Origin: Gekko japonicus
Taxonomy: Eukaryota
Length of the DNA stretch: 64,000 bases
Direction: 5' to 3'
Assembly: GCF_001447785.1 (NCBI RefSeq)
Contig: NW_015168709.1
Span: 124,001-188,000, forward strand
Position numbers and translations under genes: made by a program. The notes under the pieces were generated by a model that did no database searches, was not told the origin of the DNA, and was given only the letters and a program-made list of their open reading frames with translations. This document shows positions 11,782 to 24,496 of the stretch, piece by piece; within the stretch, counting starts at the first letter, position 1; every line of letters begins with the position of its first letter.

Positions 11782-12169
11782 TGTTTAACGCAGCTAAGAC
11801 CAGGAGTCTCCCCCTTAATTCAAAACATGATCCTGTCTGACAGACTTTTAGTCAGACTCTTCAGACATCCACTCCTGTAGCTGAACTTTTACTTTACTGA
11901 ACAGTAACTGCTGCTGAACTCCAAACAACTAACTACCCCTCAGCACTCAGCCGATCTTATATTTCCCTCAGTTGGTGCTGGCCAATCAGAGAAAAGGAGC
12001 AGCCTGTCACTCAAACTCAACATTCTAGAGTAGCGTTAACTATTCACCTCCCTTCTCTGATTTTACTGCATTAGCAAAACAGTGTTTTAAAAGTAGTCCA
12101 TCACACCTGCCCTATAAGGCAAGGCTGAAGAGTACAGGACTATTCAGTTTTATTTAAAAGGCAAACAAG

Positions 12170-12590
12170 GCATGGCATAGCAATATGTGAAATTATACAT
12201 GATGTAGAAACAGAGGACAGGGAAATTTTCCAACCTTTTCCATAATACTAGAACCCTATGAAACTGACTGTGAATAGATTCAAGACATACGAAAGGAAAT
12301 ACTACTTCAGACTGTGGAAAACTGACGTCTGGAACTTACTGCAATGAGATGAGTTGCTGGCAGCCGACTTAGATGGATTTTAAAAGAGGTTGGATAGGTT
12401 TAGGGAGGATAGGTCTATTTTAGATATTGGCCATGATAGATAAATGGGGTCTTTGGTTCCAGAGGCAGAATTGTTTGTCAGATGGTGGGGAGTAGCAGCA
12501 AGTGAAGGTTGTTGTCTAACATCCTGGCCTGTGGTATCTGACCAGGATGCTGGAATAGATGGATCATTAGTCTAATCCAGCCTGGCAATC
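12170..12590 (+). mobile_element. CR1 LINE 3' remnant
   Basis: Typical CR1 3' motifs (AATACTAGAAC, AAAGGAAATACTACTTC, TTAGATGGATTTTAAAAGAGGTTGGATAGG); decayed. Confidence 0.7.
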
Positions 12591-12929
12591 ATTAGTCCTT
12601 TGATTTGGTTTGAGTAAGATTTATATCATCTAAAAGTGTATGTGGAGCGATAACGTTTGGGGCTTTATACCTTCTGAAGGAAACAGAAGGTTTGAAAGCT
12701 AAACAATATTCTTTTCTTCCTTCTGCAAGAGGATGCAATATCTTCCAATCTACTGCATGAGCTACACCCATTCCAATAAGCAGCATGTGCTGGTGATGCT
12801 TCTGGTGATAATAATTAATAAGTATCATATGACAGTGTGTGTAGTATAGCCAGGAGATCCTAAGATTGTCTGGCAGCCAGAAGTTCTAACTCTTTTAGTG
12901 TTATGTATCACTAGGTGGTGAGCTAGACT

Positions 12930-13538
12930 TGTTTTTAAGGCAAGAGAAGTTTTAGAGGTGGTTTAGAGGAGAAGCCAGAGGAAGCCAGCCCCAGCCCTTG
13001 GATGCTGAAAAAAGACCTGCTGGACAAGGAGGTGCAGAGGGGGAGTGTTGGGTGAAGTCAATGTGCCACACCTCAGTCCCACAGCTGAAGCAAAAATCCA
13101 GCAGCCAGCAGCCTCACCCCCAGGGTCTCCAGAGCCCTTGGATTGCTGAAGAAGGTGGCCTGGAGGGAGGCACATGCAGTTGGCAGCCCAGCACCTGTCA
13201 ACCTCTGCCTGTGTGCTTGAGTAATCACAGGATCAGGACTGCCAGCCACTCAGCCATTGATGAGTTGCACCTTTCACTGGATGACTCAGTAGATTGATGT
13301 GTTGGGTCTGTCCCTGAATGACTCAGCGGGATCTTTCTGATAAAAGCAGCCAGGAAAGGGCAAGCTGGTGTGGAAGCATTTTGTCTACAATTTTTGTGTG
13401 GTTGTCATTGGGCTTTGGTTTATTCTAGACCCCAATGTGTTTGATGTTCTGGACTTCTGAATACCTGTATCATCCCCTGGACTGAGTTTTGACTATGCTT
13501 GTTGCCTCTTGTCTCAAGTGTCTGCTTAAACCTTGACA
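12930..13538 (+). mobile_element. Possible solo LTR
   Basis: TG...TGACA ends, TATA-like GATAAAAGC followed by a T-rich U5-like tract; no TSD confirmed. Confidence 0.35.
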
Positions 13539-13859
13539 GGCAATCAGAGGATTTTAGATTTTATGCATCTTCTGAATTATTCGCTCTCTGATATGATTAC
13601 ATTTTCATGTCTGTTTTCCCATGCTGAATTTTTGGGATAGGTCATGCAACTGTTATGTTGAGACTTTGGTCAGTGCACCATAACTTCTGAATAATTACAG
13701 TTCTTAAAGGTTCCTGTGTTTTCACACAGTGATATGGATTGGCCAAGGGAGTGATACAAATTCAGTTTACTGAGTGACTTTGAGGTGGTTACGGACAATA
13801 CTGGGCCAGAAGTAGCCAAGCATGTGGGAGCATTTGCACCTGAGCCCTGTTGGCTCAGG

Positions 13860-14230
13860 CTAAAGATCCATGAAATCCAGCATCCTGTTTCCTGCAGTGA
13901 CCAACCAGATGCCTTTGAAGACCCACTAAAATCTCCCCCTGTTGTTTCCCCCAGCTACTGTTGTCGTCCCCCCCCCCCAAAAAAAGTATGCTACTTCTGA
14001 AGATCAAGTTTCTATTTAACCAGCCTGGCTAATAGCCATTAATGGCCCCATTCTCCATGAATTTGTCCAATACCTTTTTTAAAAAGCCACCTATACGAAG
14101 GGCTGTCACTACATTCTATGGGCAGTCTGTTGCAAAAGTTAATTATACATACTGTGATGAAGTATTTTCTTTGTTCGGAATTTACTGTCCATCAGAACAT
14201 TTAACAGGATGCCCCTTAAGGTCTAATATT
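13860..14230 (-). mobile_element. CR1 LINE 3' remnant
   Basis: Reverse-complement CR1 3' motifs (CTCCATGAATTTGTCCAA..TTTTAAAAAGCC). Confidence 0.6.
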
Positions 14231-14836
14231 TTGGGTATATATGTATAAAACATAGCCTTCAGAATGTCTTCTTTTGGACTGAACCAAAGAAGAAAGCAAT
14301 CTTGCTCAGAATTATTTATTTAGCTAAAAATATACTAGTCTACCATTATTTTTAGAAACCTGTATATATCAAGCATATAAATTACCAGTGTCAATGTGTA
14401 TTATTAGGCATGGACTGTTGGTACATTTTGTAACAGGAAGCTGCTGGTTTTCCATTCAATAAGAACTGGAACATAGTCAAACACTCATTGCTTAAACTGG
14501 CAAGCATTTGCTGCTAAATTAGTTTGTACACATTTGATAGTTTAGAACAGAAACTGAATGGCTGAGTATAGCCTATTTTCCCCTCTACTATTGTATTATT
14601 CCAACTCCAGATTTTGCCACAGTTGTAGCATTTATTAAAACTATGTTTTTATTTGTAGTTAATTTGGGGGTTGTATGTAGTAACTGTGGACTATTATCCA
14701 CTTCCTTTAAAACTGAAATCTAGTGGAGAAAAGGAGGAAGAAAGGAAATTGCTTTCTTAAAAATACTAAAAGTCAATTTAGTGTGGGTTGCTAGGTTCTG
14801 TCTTTGTAGTTACAGTAACCTGGATTCTGATAAGTT

Positions 14837-15310
14837 CAAATTTATTTATTAAAATACTTGTACCCCATCTTTTGACTTACGTAGTTCACAAAGTGATTTA
14901 ACTTTAATTAAAAAATTAAAGTGAAGACTGCTAAAACTACATAGATACAAACAGTAGGAGAGATACAGCATCAAACAGTAGAACTAAGCAGACTGGTAAA
15001 GACAAGAAACAGATAATAATCATAAAAACTAGCTGAGAGTCCGGACAGCTGCCTTTAGAGCACTGTTTTACCCTGTAAGTGAACCGTCATTAAGGATAGT
15101 ACATGACAAGTATCCCTGGTGGCTAGTTGCATAGTTTTGGCACCACCACTGAGAAGGTCCAATCTTGTAGGTATCTTGCATACCCTGGAAGGGGTGGTCA
15201 CAGGCATAAGAGGTCCCCAAGGATGTTGTTAATATTTGGGTTCATTCAGTAAAAATGGACCCTTGCATACCCTATATAGGATTTTAAAAGCTAATACTGC
15301 CACTTTAACA
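14837..15310 (-). mobile_element. L2 LINE 3' remnant
   Basis: TTTATTTATT tail plus GGCACCACCACTGAGAAGG, similar to the other L2 pieces here. Confidence 0.55.
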
Positions 15311-15584
15311 TTGCAATCCTAAAATCACTCTCCTGGGAGTAAGCCACACTGAATCCACTTAAGACCTGATAGACCTGCTTAGAATTGCTAGTGCTGATTA
15401 ACATTTCACGATATCAGGCTAGTCTGCGCTATTAAGGATGCTACATGCTAGTATCCTTCCATTGCCCCGTCAGGGTCCAGAGACTCACCAGCTCCTTCCT
15501 GGTGGTTCCATGGGGTAGGAGAATTTGGGTGGCTGCGACACTGGGAGAAATGCCTTGAAGTAATGACATTCCCCAGCTATGTGC

Positions 15585-15715
15585 CAGAATGTTCAGGTGT
15601 TTCTTGAGACTACTAGGCACCAGTTCAAGGGCTCCAATTACACGTGGCACAATGGTAACCTTCTCTCAGAGGTACTCCAACTCTATTTGTAGGTCTTGAT
15701 ATTTTGTGATCTCCT
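15585..15715 (-). mobile_element. R4/Dong-clade non-LTR retrotransposon remnant (RLE endonuclease C-terminus)
   Basis: Minus-strand EITKYQDLQIELEYL*EKVTIVPRVIGALELVPSSLKKHLNIL matches the R4/Dong KYxDLxIE..VPVVIGALG motif. Confidence 0.75.
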
Positions 15716-16750
15716 ATTCCACCACCAATCTGCAAAGGAGACCAATACCCTTGTACCTTGCTAGGGTCTGGCAGAGTTGGAACAAAGTCCAGAGCTGTAG
15801 CACCCTTCAGTGTTCCCTTATTTTAGGTCTCATTGCAGAAAGAGCCTTAGACAGGGGCAGGGCAAGGAGCAGGTTTTTCCTTTCAGCATGGTCTCTTTCT
15901 TTCTCCAGTTGCCTTTTGCAGGATCTCTGGGGAAAGGTCTGGCCCTTGCCCCCTGACCTTCCCTGGGCTGGCCTAGTAACGTGTTCCCTGGGGGTGTGCT
16001 CTGAGGCTGCTGCTGGTGCATTTCTGGGTGTGGCCTCACCTTTCCTCCCTTCCCCCTCAGCGTCTGGTTGGGCTGCCTGCCTCATCTGTGCCTGGGCAAG
16101 GCTGTCCCCTGTTGGCATCTCCTCTGGAATAAGTGAATGTGGGAGTGGAGTCACCCCTGACATACCTTTAATATTTGCATAGAAAAGGAAATTTTGGCAT
16201 GTCGTAAAGGTTGAAAAATACTATGTCCTCCTGACATTTCCTTCTCTGTTCATCTATTGAAAGTGTGCATGGAGGACTGGTCCTGCTTTTCCTGTCAAAA
16301 CTTCATCTATAGCATAGTATGTTTGATTAACGGAAGATGGATTTGTTCCTGTAGATAGAGCATATTTCTCAGATTTGCCCTTACAGAGAGAAGAGCCTGC
16401 TATCAGTAAATCCTGGAAATGTCCTAGGGCTAGTATGCCAAATATCACTGCTGATGATTCTGGCCCGTGACCAAGAGCACTTGGCAAGCTTCAGTGTGCT
16501 TAGTCATTTAAGGGCAGGAGAGAAGAACGGGATTTGCTAATAGTTTGATGCACCCTCTTCTGGTTTGTGCCTGTATCTGCAATAAGCAGAACCAAACAGT
16601 AGGATCAATGTTTTAAAAAGTTTTAGAATATAAGAAGCCACACTACCTGATTCAAGGGAATCTTTACCTTGATGGAGGGACACACATTCAGACCTATGAA
16701 ATCTCTGTTACCAGAATAATTGGTGGAATTGATATGGCTATACCTATGGC

Positions 16751-16956
16751 CAGTGTTCCCTCTAAGCTGAGTTACTGTGAGCTAGCTCACAGTTTCTTAG
16801 CCTCCAGCTCACACATTTTTGTCTTAGCTCAGGAAGGAGAGCTCCAGAGCAGACTAATTTATGCAGTAGTCAAATGGCTCGCTCACAACTTTAATGCCAG
16901 CAGCTCAGAAAGAAGAATTTTTGCTCACAGGGCTCCACAGCTTAGAGGGAACATTG
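16751..16956. mobile_element. hAT-type MITE (CAGTGTTCCCTCTAAG family)
   Basis: TIRs CAGTGTTCCCTCTAAG / CTTAGAGGGAACATTG; 8-bp TSD CCTATGGC. Confidence 0.92.
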
Positions 16957-17089
16957 CCTATGGCCCATCACTAATACCAGTAATACAATTACAAATATAC
17001 AAGGAAACCACATCTGGTTCTAAGATATGAGTACTAAAGATCTTGTATACAGATCTATGAATGTGTGTCTATACTATATTGATAATTGT

Positions 17090-17131
17090 GACCACTGAGG
17101 AAGGCCCTTAGGGGCTGAAACGTGTTTGGTC
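17090..17131 (+). ncRNA. Minimal type I hammerhead ribozyme (Penelope-like)
   Basis: GACCA-CTGAGGA-A-GGCCC ttag GGGCT-GAAA-CGTG-TT-TGGTC: 5-bp stem I, full core, 5-bp stem II, near-palindromic short stem III. Confidence 0.75.
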
Positions 17132-17329
17132 TTCAGTAGGAAAGTGTTTACCCATCATATGTATTAATATTTGATAAGTTTTTATAAGTCTGATACTTAG
17201 ATAAAGATTTTAATCAGTATATGTTTTAACATGTGTACACCCTAATAAATACTTTTACTTTTATAATATACATTGTTAGCTTAGCCCTTTGGTTTGCAGT
17301 CTTATCTTGGGTTGAGTTTCTCTCCCCCC

Positions 17330-17853
17330 CCCCCTTTCTTCCTGAAGCAGCATCTGTCAAAATGTCAGGCAGTCATTTTGACAGATGCAGGTTCAGGAGA
17401 TCCAGGAGTGTATAGAACAGAACTCGTGCAAGCTAGAGACACCAAACTCATAGGGGATATCCAGCTGACTCTCCTCTACCTGCTCTCCAAGTTTGTTGAG
17501 GGTTGGATGGAAAAGGTCCGAGTTATGGCCCTCCTAAGAAAGTGCCCCAAGAAAGTGCTTTCTGGGGAAATGACAGGTGGTCATTTCCCCAAAAAACACT
17601 TTTTCTTTGGGGGACTGTAATTTGGACCCTGTAAATCCAACCCTCACCAAACCTGAAGGGCAGGTAAAGGAGAGTCAGCCAGAGATCCCTTGCGAGGTTG
17701 GTGTCTCTCACACGCTGGGGAGCCGTTCAACTGGGTCATGAACCTCACTGGTTTGTTTAGCTCCTAAAAGTTTGTGACGGTTCGTGGTTCATGAACCGGG
17801 CATGCCATGAACCATGAACTGATCTGCATGTTCCCAGTTCATGTTCATCCCTA
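17330..17853. mobile_element. Truncated TAGGGATG-family DNA transposon
   Basis: Ends GTTCATGTTCATCCCTA like 36077-37042; GAACC/GGTTC subterminal repeats; left end approximate. Confidence 0.55.
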
Positions 17854-20505
17854 GTCTTTAATATAGACCAAATATAGACCGTTTGCAATTAGTAGCCTGA
17901 GACAGAAGATGAGAGAGGCATAGTCATTTGTGATTCAAGGGAATAGGAATATGCATTCTGTATACTCCTTGTAGCAGAGATGGGCATAGCATAGCACTAG
18001 ATGTTCAATACCTTAATTCCTTCTGCATCTGGGATGTCTGATCCGGCAAAGAAATCTGCCAGTGGAAACCTCCCTTGTTGGATTGAAAAAATATCCACTT
18101 ATAATGTCAAGGGACTTAATAAAGGCTTTCATCCCTTCTAAGATCACTTTGCCCATGATTTCCTTTGGTGTTTTCAAGTTAGCTAGTTCAACAAATTTTA
18201 TTTAAAACTGTATGCATTTAGAAGTGCTCTTAAACTTGCTTTGTGAAACAAGACTCTCCAGCTTGCTTCAAAGAATGTGAAGTTACAAAATAAAGCTTTT
18301 ATGGTGCACTTTGAAGTTTTTGTGTTAATGTGCAACACTTTGCTCACCACTTGAGTTTCCTATTAATCCAGAGAAAAGGTTTTACTCTGAACTGTGGAAC
18401 TGATGGGGGAAATGGTAGGATATTCTTTTCTTGATTGCTTGTGACTTAAGCAGAATTATGTCCTGCATTTCATGGCCCTTTTACTTTTCTGTTTATAATG
18501 TGTTTTCAACTTTGTAAACATATATATAAATGCCTGCCTAGTGACAACCCATGTGCATTGAACAAAGTGGGTCTTAAGCTTCAGTTTCCCGTAACAGCTA
18601 CTTGGAAGCAGACTTCCACCACAGGGAGTTTGAAGGAGCAGCTCCAAAATGAATGATGTGATTAATTGTTTTGTAAAATACAAAAGAACGAGTAGTTTAA
18701 TAGTAAAAATGCTTTTCCGTTAATTTTAGGAAGACTGATATCCCCTTGCATGAGTGCATGGTGGGGAAAAAGAGAAAAGAAACACAGGGAAAAGATCTCT
18801 TTATAAACTTTAGCTAAAACAGGAACTAGAGGGGAAGAAGTTATCAGCATCTGGCCATGAAATCTTGGCCCAAATAGAAGACAGCTAGGATCTCTTGAAT
18901 GCAACTTAGAAGCAATATGTAGTTGCCACCCCAGAATGGCAGCCATATGTTGTAATACGTAGCATAACTTACTCCAGGCCATGACTTAAGGATGCTTGGC
19001 AAGTGTGAGAAAACATCAGCACATGATTACGTCATAACATGGTAAGTGACATAACATGTTACACATTACATGGAAGACTTTTTTTTTGGTCAACAGTTTA
19101 TTTCCACCCTTAATATCCCAATTAATTTGGACAGTGATCTGCTGATACATCCTTAACTATCCAGAACACTTTTCATTGTTGAACTGTTGGCTTTTCCTGA
19201 GTATATTCCATATGTGTTGTCAGTGCCTTTAATGTATTTAACTGAATTAGCAGTTATTCCAATATTCAAAAGCCTTGATCCACCAGCACAAATTCTTCCA
19301 GGTAATTTGATATCCAGTTGCATGCCTCCATTCTCTTTCCTCTTGCTCCTCTTTTGTCTTCCATCCAAAACGTTGCTCTCCTCATCTAACACATTTTAAT
19401 CTCACCTTTCTTTCAATAGGCAGTGTACAAGGTTTTGCCTTCCTCAGCTTTCCCCTTATAACAACTCTATGAGGTAGCTTAGGATGAAACACAATGATTG
19501 TTCCAAGATTAAACAGTTTGCTTTGTGGCCAGATGGGTATTTAAGCCTGGATCTCCCAGGTCCTACTGCAGTGTGCTAACCACTACACTATACTGTTTCC
19601 CTGCTTCAATACTCCTTGCCTACCTACCTGTTCATATTTTCTGCAATGAATTTCACAGCTCAGAAACGACCATGAGAGTACTGTAACTCTTTGTGGAGGA
19701 TATCTTTGGCAGCTTCTCCAGCAATTGTCTGAGTAGAATAGGTTCATTGTGCCACAGATACCGCATGCTGCCATTTTAACCTGTGTTCTTGCCCTCCCCT
19801 TAGTAGACTTGCTAAACCATTATTGGACCTCTTCTTTATGGTATAACTTTAATATTAAAAGGCCACAATCATGTCCCTGTTCAGTGTGAATTCTTCCTTG
19901 CAAAGCCAGACAGTTGTGTGATCATCCCATGAATAAAACTGCTAAAGACATTATTGGTAAAAAAAACCCCAAAAACCCTCATGAGTGGCACTAAGATAAA
20001 TTGCCCTTCATGGATCAGTCAGACTGTCATTTAAATCTTACCTTGCACATGCATGAATAAATTACTTTATGTGGTTATTAGTGTTCACACACACTGCAGG
20101 GCTGCATTTAATGAAATTAATGTCTGTTGCTAGCTGACTGAATTATATGGAATTAAGGAAAAACCAGGTGCAACATAACTATTACAGTGGCATAGATTTC
20201 TTGGTTCTTATTGTGTTCTTTTTTATTTGCCTTACTCCCATTCTGAGTGCCAGATCATGTTTCTTGAAGACATTGTTAACAGTGTGGATGACACCTTTCT
20301 CCTTGAGGCTGCTTCATTCCGGGGGTTCCTCACAAGACGCTTCAGATTCCAGTCCCATTAAGTGGTAATGTCCCATGAGCATTAGCTGTGTTGTGAAAGT
20401 ACCATTTGCTGTATATTGAAAGGAAAGCACTGTTAACACACACACACACACACAAACAGAGACACACACGCAGACACAGCTTTGCTCAGTATTTTATGAG
20501 ATTTA

Positions 20506-20592
20506 CAGTGCAGTCCTATACAAAGAGAAACTATTCTAAGTCCACTGGAGTCAGTGGGCTTCAAAAGGTGTAATTCTACTTAGGGTTGCATG
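20506..20592. repeat. Short palindromic element
   Basis: ACAGTGCAGTCCTA..TAGGGTTGCATGT; related decayed copy at ~15310-15390. Confidence 0.55.
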
Positions 20593-23559
20593 TTAATTGG
20601 ACATACTAGGGCGGCTTCAAATCACTTTCCTACTGAAGATATCCACTTTAAAAAGAACACCCATTATTATTTTTGTCCCTCTTGCATGCAAATACACTGT
20701 GTACATCCTTGAATCCTAAAAATTATATAAAGAAAAGATAAGAATCTAAATGGCCGGCACACAGAATTTCAAGCAGTAATGAGAGTTTGTGGGCTGTGGG
20801 TTACCATCTGCACTCTTCTTTGATGCCATCTGCCCACAAGCAGAATATCACCATAGGGGGAAATAGCAGGATGTCCTGAAATTATCAAACCACATAACCA
20901 CCAGTTACACAGGAAGACTTTCTGGGATTTGTAAGGAAATCTAAACCTATGATACAATCTCTTTGCAAAAAGAAAGGGAGGTAGGAAGCAGTGTATGTGG
21001 GGGGAGGGGAATCTTTGAAATTCTTTTGTGGTGGCCGAGGGGTGGGTTCCAGAAACTTCTGCATGGATTCATTGNNNNNNNNNNNNNNNNNNNNNNNNNN
21101 NNNNNNNNNNNNNNNNNNNNNNNNNNNNNNNNNNNTACTGTAAACTGAAAACTGTTGGCAAAGACAGAAATTATGGTAATTTTATGCAGTTCCCATTGCT
21201 GTGAGCGTTTAAAAATAGCTTCATTCCTAGCAAACTGGTGGTGCTACTGCACATATCAGTGCTCTGCAGGTTGACTTGGTGTGTGTAGCTTTTGCAAATA
21301 CTAACTGATTGAACACCAAGTGAAGCTACAATTATGTGAGCTGTTTCCATGCAGGTCCAACTGAGTAGCATTGTGCAGCTTATGATTTTCACTCAAGGGC
21401 TTGAAAGGAATTCATTTTTCTGACAGTTTGGAAAAGAATAGAGGAGTATCAGTGGCTGCTGTAACTAGTATTGCTATGGTGAATCAATTGGCTAAGTTCA
21501 GTGAAGGAGAGAGGTTATGCAAGTGGAGTTTATTTTCTATGTCAGAATTAGTGTTTGAAATATGTTAGATCTGTTTCTCTCTCTAGTAGTGCTAAAAGGA
21601 AATCTGACATGTGTTCTATTATCCCATGCACAATAGTTTTTAACAGCAATGAAGGTTGGAGGTAGTCAGAAGAGAAAACATACATGGCTTTGTTGTAATA
21701 AAAAAAAGTTTGTTTGTTTTGGTGGGAATGAATTTCCTGTGAATATAAATCTGAAAAAAGTAACAAATAGGTGCAAAATTTCATAAGTAAGCTGTGATCA
21801 ATGTTTTGATTAAAATTATATCTTTGAACATCTGTTAGAAGAAGCTAGGAATGCTCCTTTTACATTAAAGGAACAAAGGACTTTACTATGGTAGAAATCT
21901 GATTATATATTGGGTTGGATCCAATCTACTGTTCTGCAGGTGAAAAAGGATGGAGGGATTCTCTTTGACCAGCAAAAAGGCTGCATATGGATATAAAACA
22001 GCCACATGAACTGTAGGGAGTGGAACTGGACCAGAGTGAATGAAAAAGCAGGCTGGATCCAATTGATTGTATGTCTGGATTGTTAGGATGGATGTGTATA
22101 AAATCTCCTAATAATCTAAAATGCATGTTTTCACATTGCAATACTTTTATGATTTTAAGGTCATTGTGTTATAAATAAATATACAGACAAACAATAGTGC
22201 ACCTCAGAACTCAATAAATAGGAACTGGCATAGCATGGTGGTTAAAAAAACAAACTCTTACCGAATTCTCTTACTGGATTTCTCTTTTCCACAGGTTCAG
22301 TATTAACCTTAGACAAGTCATTTCTCCTAACAGCCGCCTCCCACTTTTCGGGTCTGTTGAAAGGTTTATAACTGCATGATATATGTGAACTACTTTGAAC
22401 ACAAAAACTGTTATCTAAATGCTCAGATTTCTAATGAACAACCCTGTTCTGCTCCAACAGTGGTATTAAGTCTGAAAGTCTTACCAGAGAGCACTGGCAG
22501 TCAATACAAGTGCTAGACCACGGTGGCAAGGCATGGGACATTGGTCCAGTTGCCCAGACAATAGAAATGTGCACCTCCACTCCAAGCAGCAGCATATTAA
22601 AGGAACAGTGCTTGTGAATAGTACCCAAAATGTACAAAAAGGGTGTTGGTGGGTTTATTTCTCCCATAACATTTGCATGTCCACCTGAAATGGCATGGTT
22701 TGTAGCAAAAATACAGAACAGTGAAACTTAAAAATGGCACCATATATCCATTTGGATATTTTTCTGTCACAGAATCAACAGGACTAAAGCATAAAGTATG
22801 GACGGCCATTATTTATGAAGTTCTGCTGAGGGGTGGTGAGAGAGGCTGCCCAAGGGGTCCTTCCCCCTGCCATTAATGCTGGTTGGAGCTGGGTGAAAAG
22901 AGCTTGGACTAAGCCAGTCTCCCGGGGCTTGGCATGCCACTCCAAGGGACAGTGGCTTGTGTGGAGAAGTGGCCACCGTTCACTGCCACCTCGGGAATGT
23001 GGAGGGATGGGTTTCTCCCCACCCCTACTTTCAAACCTTCCCACACACACTCTGTCTCTCTGCTGCCCAGGTTATACTTCCACAGCTTTGCTCCCTTCAG
23101 TTTGTTTTTAGTGTGCGCGTTTGCCTTGGCTTTCCCCTTCCTTTCGGCTACCCGGCCCACACGGTGAAGACTGTAGGTTCTGGTGTGGGGGGGAGGGGAG
23201 CTAGCTTGGGCTATCCAATTCAGGGCTTTTGCCCTTTAAAGAGCTTTTATTCTTTTCCCAGCAGCCATACTTTACTGTGCAGCTCTTAGGGGAAAGGGGA
23301 AGAGAGAAAGGAGGGGGGAAGGGGGCCCTTTCTCCAGCTCTTCCTGTCGCCCTTTTATTTGATTTTTTATTATGATGTTGGAGGTGATGTCATGCCCCCC
23401 CAGCGCTCCCCACTAAAACCTTTCTGGCTATGGGCCTGACTCAGGAGTCTTTGGAAAGGTACCTTGGCAAAAGCCCTTTGAAAGTCCAAGTATATAATGT
23501 CTACTGGGCCACCATTGTCTACATGCTTGTTCGCTTTCACAAAGAATGCCCTGGCCCCA

Positions 23560-23674
23560 CTGCTGGACCTCCTGATGGCACCTGGTATTTTCGGTCACTG
23601 TGTGACAGAGTTGTGGACCGGATGGGCCATTGGCCTGATCCAACATTGGCTTTTCTTATGTTCTTATGTTCTTA
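23560..23674 (+). mobile_element. CR1 3' end
   Basis: GATGGGCCATTGGCCTGATCCAACA followed by a (TTCTTATG)n tail. Confidence 0.85.
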
Positions 23675-23830
23675 AAAGGTTGGTGAGGCAGGACTTTCCT
23701 TTCCAGAAGCCATGCTGATTTCCCCTCAGCAGGCTTTGCTCCCCGTGTGCCTAACAATTCTATTTTTGATTACAGTTTTTACTAATTTGCTTGGGACAAA
23801 GGTTAGGTTGACTGGCCTGTAATTTCCTGG
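23675..23830 (-). mobile_element. CR1 reverse transcriptase fragment
   Basis: PGNYRPVNLT..NQHGFWKGKSCLTNL. Confidence 0.85.
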
Positions 23831-24020
23831 TTAGATGTATGATAAACATTCAGATCCTAAGGAAAATTGGTTTTTAACAACATTGCCATAGTTTGAATCC
23901 AGACAGCCCCAATACATTGCAGACCCAAAATAAATTATCTCAGTTCCCTCAGTTAGGCTCTAAATATGCACACGGTTAAATGTATTCTATTTCTGTAACT
24001 GTTGCCTGTCAGTCTAAGGA

Positions 24021-24228
24021 AAGAAGAAGAAGAGCTGGTTTTATACCCTGCTTTCCTCTACATTAAGGAGTCTCAAAGCGGCTTACTATCTCCTTCCCTT
24101 CCTGTCCCCACAACAGGCACCTTGTGAGATAGGTGGGGCTGGAAGAGTTCTGAGAGAACTAAGACTTGCCCAAGGTTACTCAGCAGACTTCATGTGGAAA
24201 AGTGGGGAATCAAACCCAGTTCTCCAGA
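24021..24228 (-). mobile_element. tRNA-derived SINE (Squam3-like), head missing
   Basis: Reverse complement of the 3135 family; (GAA)n tail. Confidence 0.8.
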
Positions 24229-24496
24229 CGGTGCGCCAGGGGCGGCGGGGGGGAAGAGCAGCGAGGGCCTAGCGGCGCGCCGTTCGGCCCCCGCTTCGGA
24301 GGCGGGGGGAAAGAGCAGCGAGGGCCGGGGGGAGAACCTGCAGGGAGAGGTGGGGGGGAAGAGCGGGGGAAGGCAAGGGGGAGGAAAGGCAAGGGGGGTG
24401 GAGGAGACGGGGGAACCAGCGGGATGGGGGGTACTTACCTCCTCCTGCTGCTTCCTCTGCCTCCCCCCCCGCGAGTATCGCGGGCCCCGCCCCTGG

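Noticed and set aside
19153-19392. 79-aa ORF as a host exon
   Set aside because: No recognisable homology or convincing splice sites.
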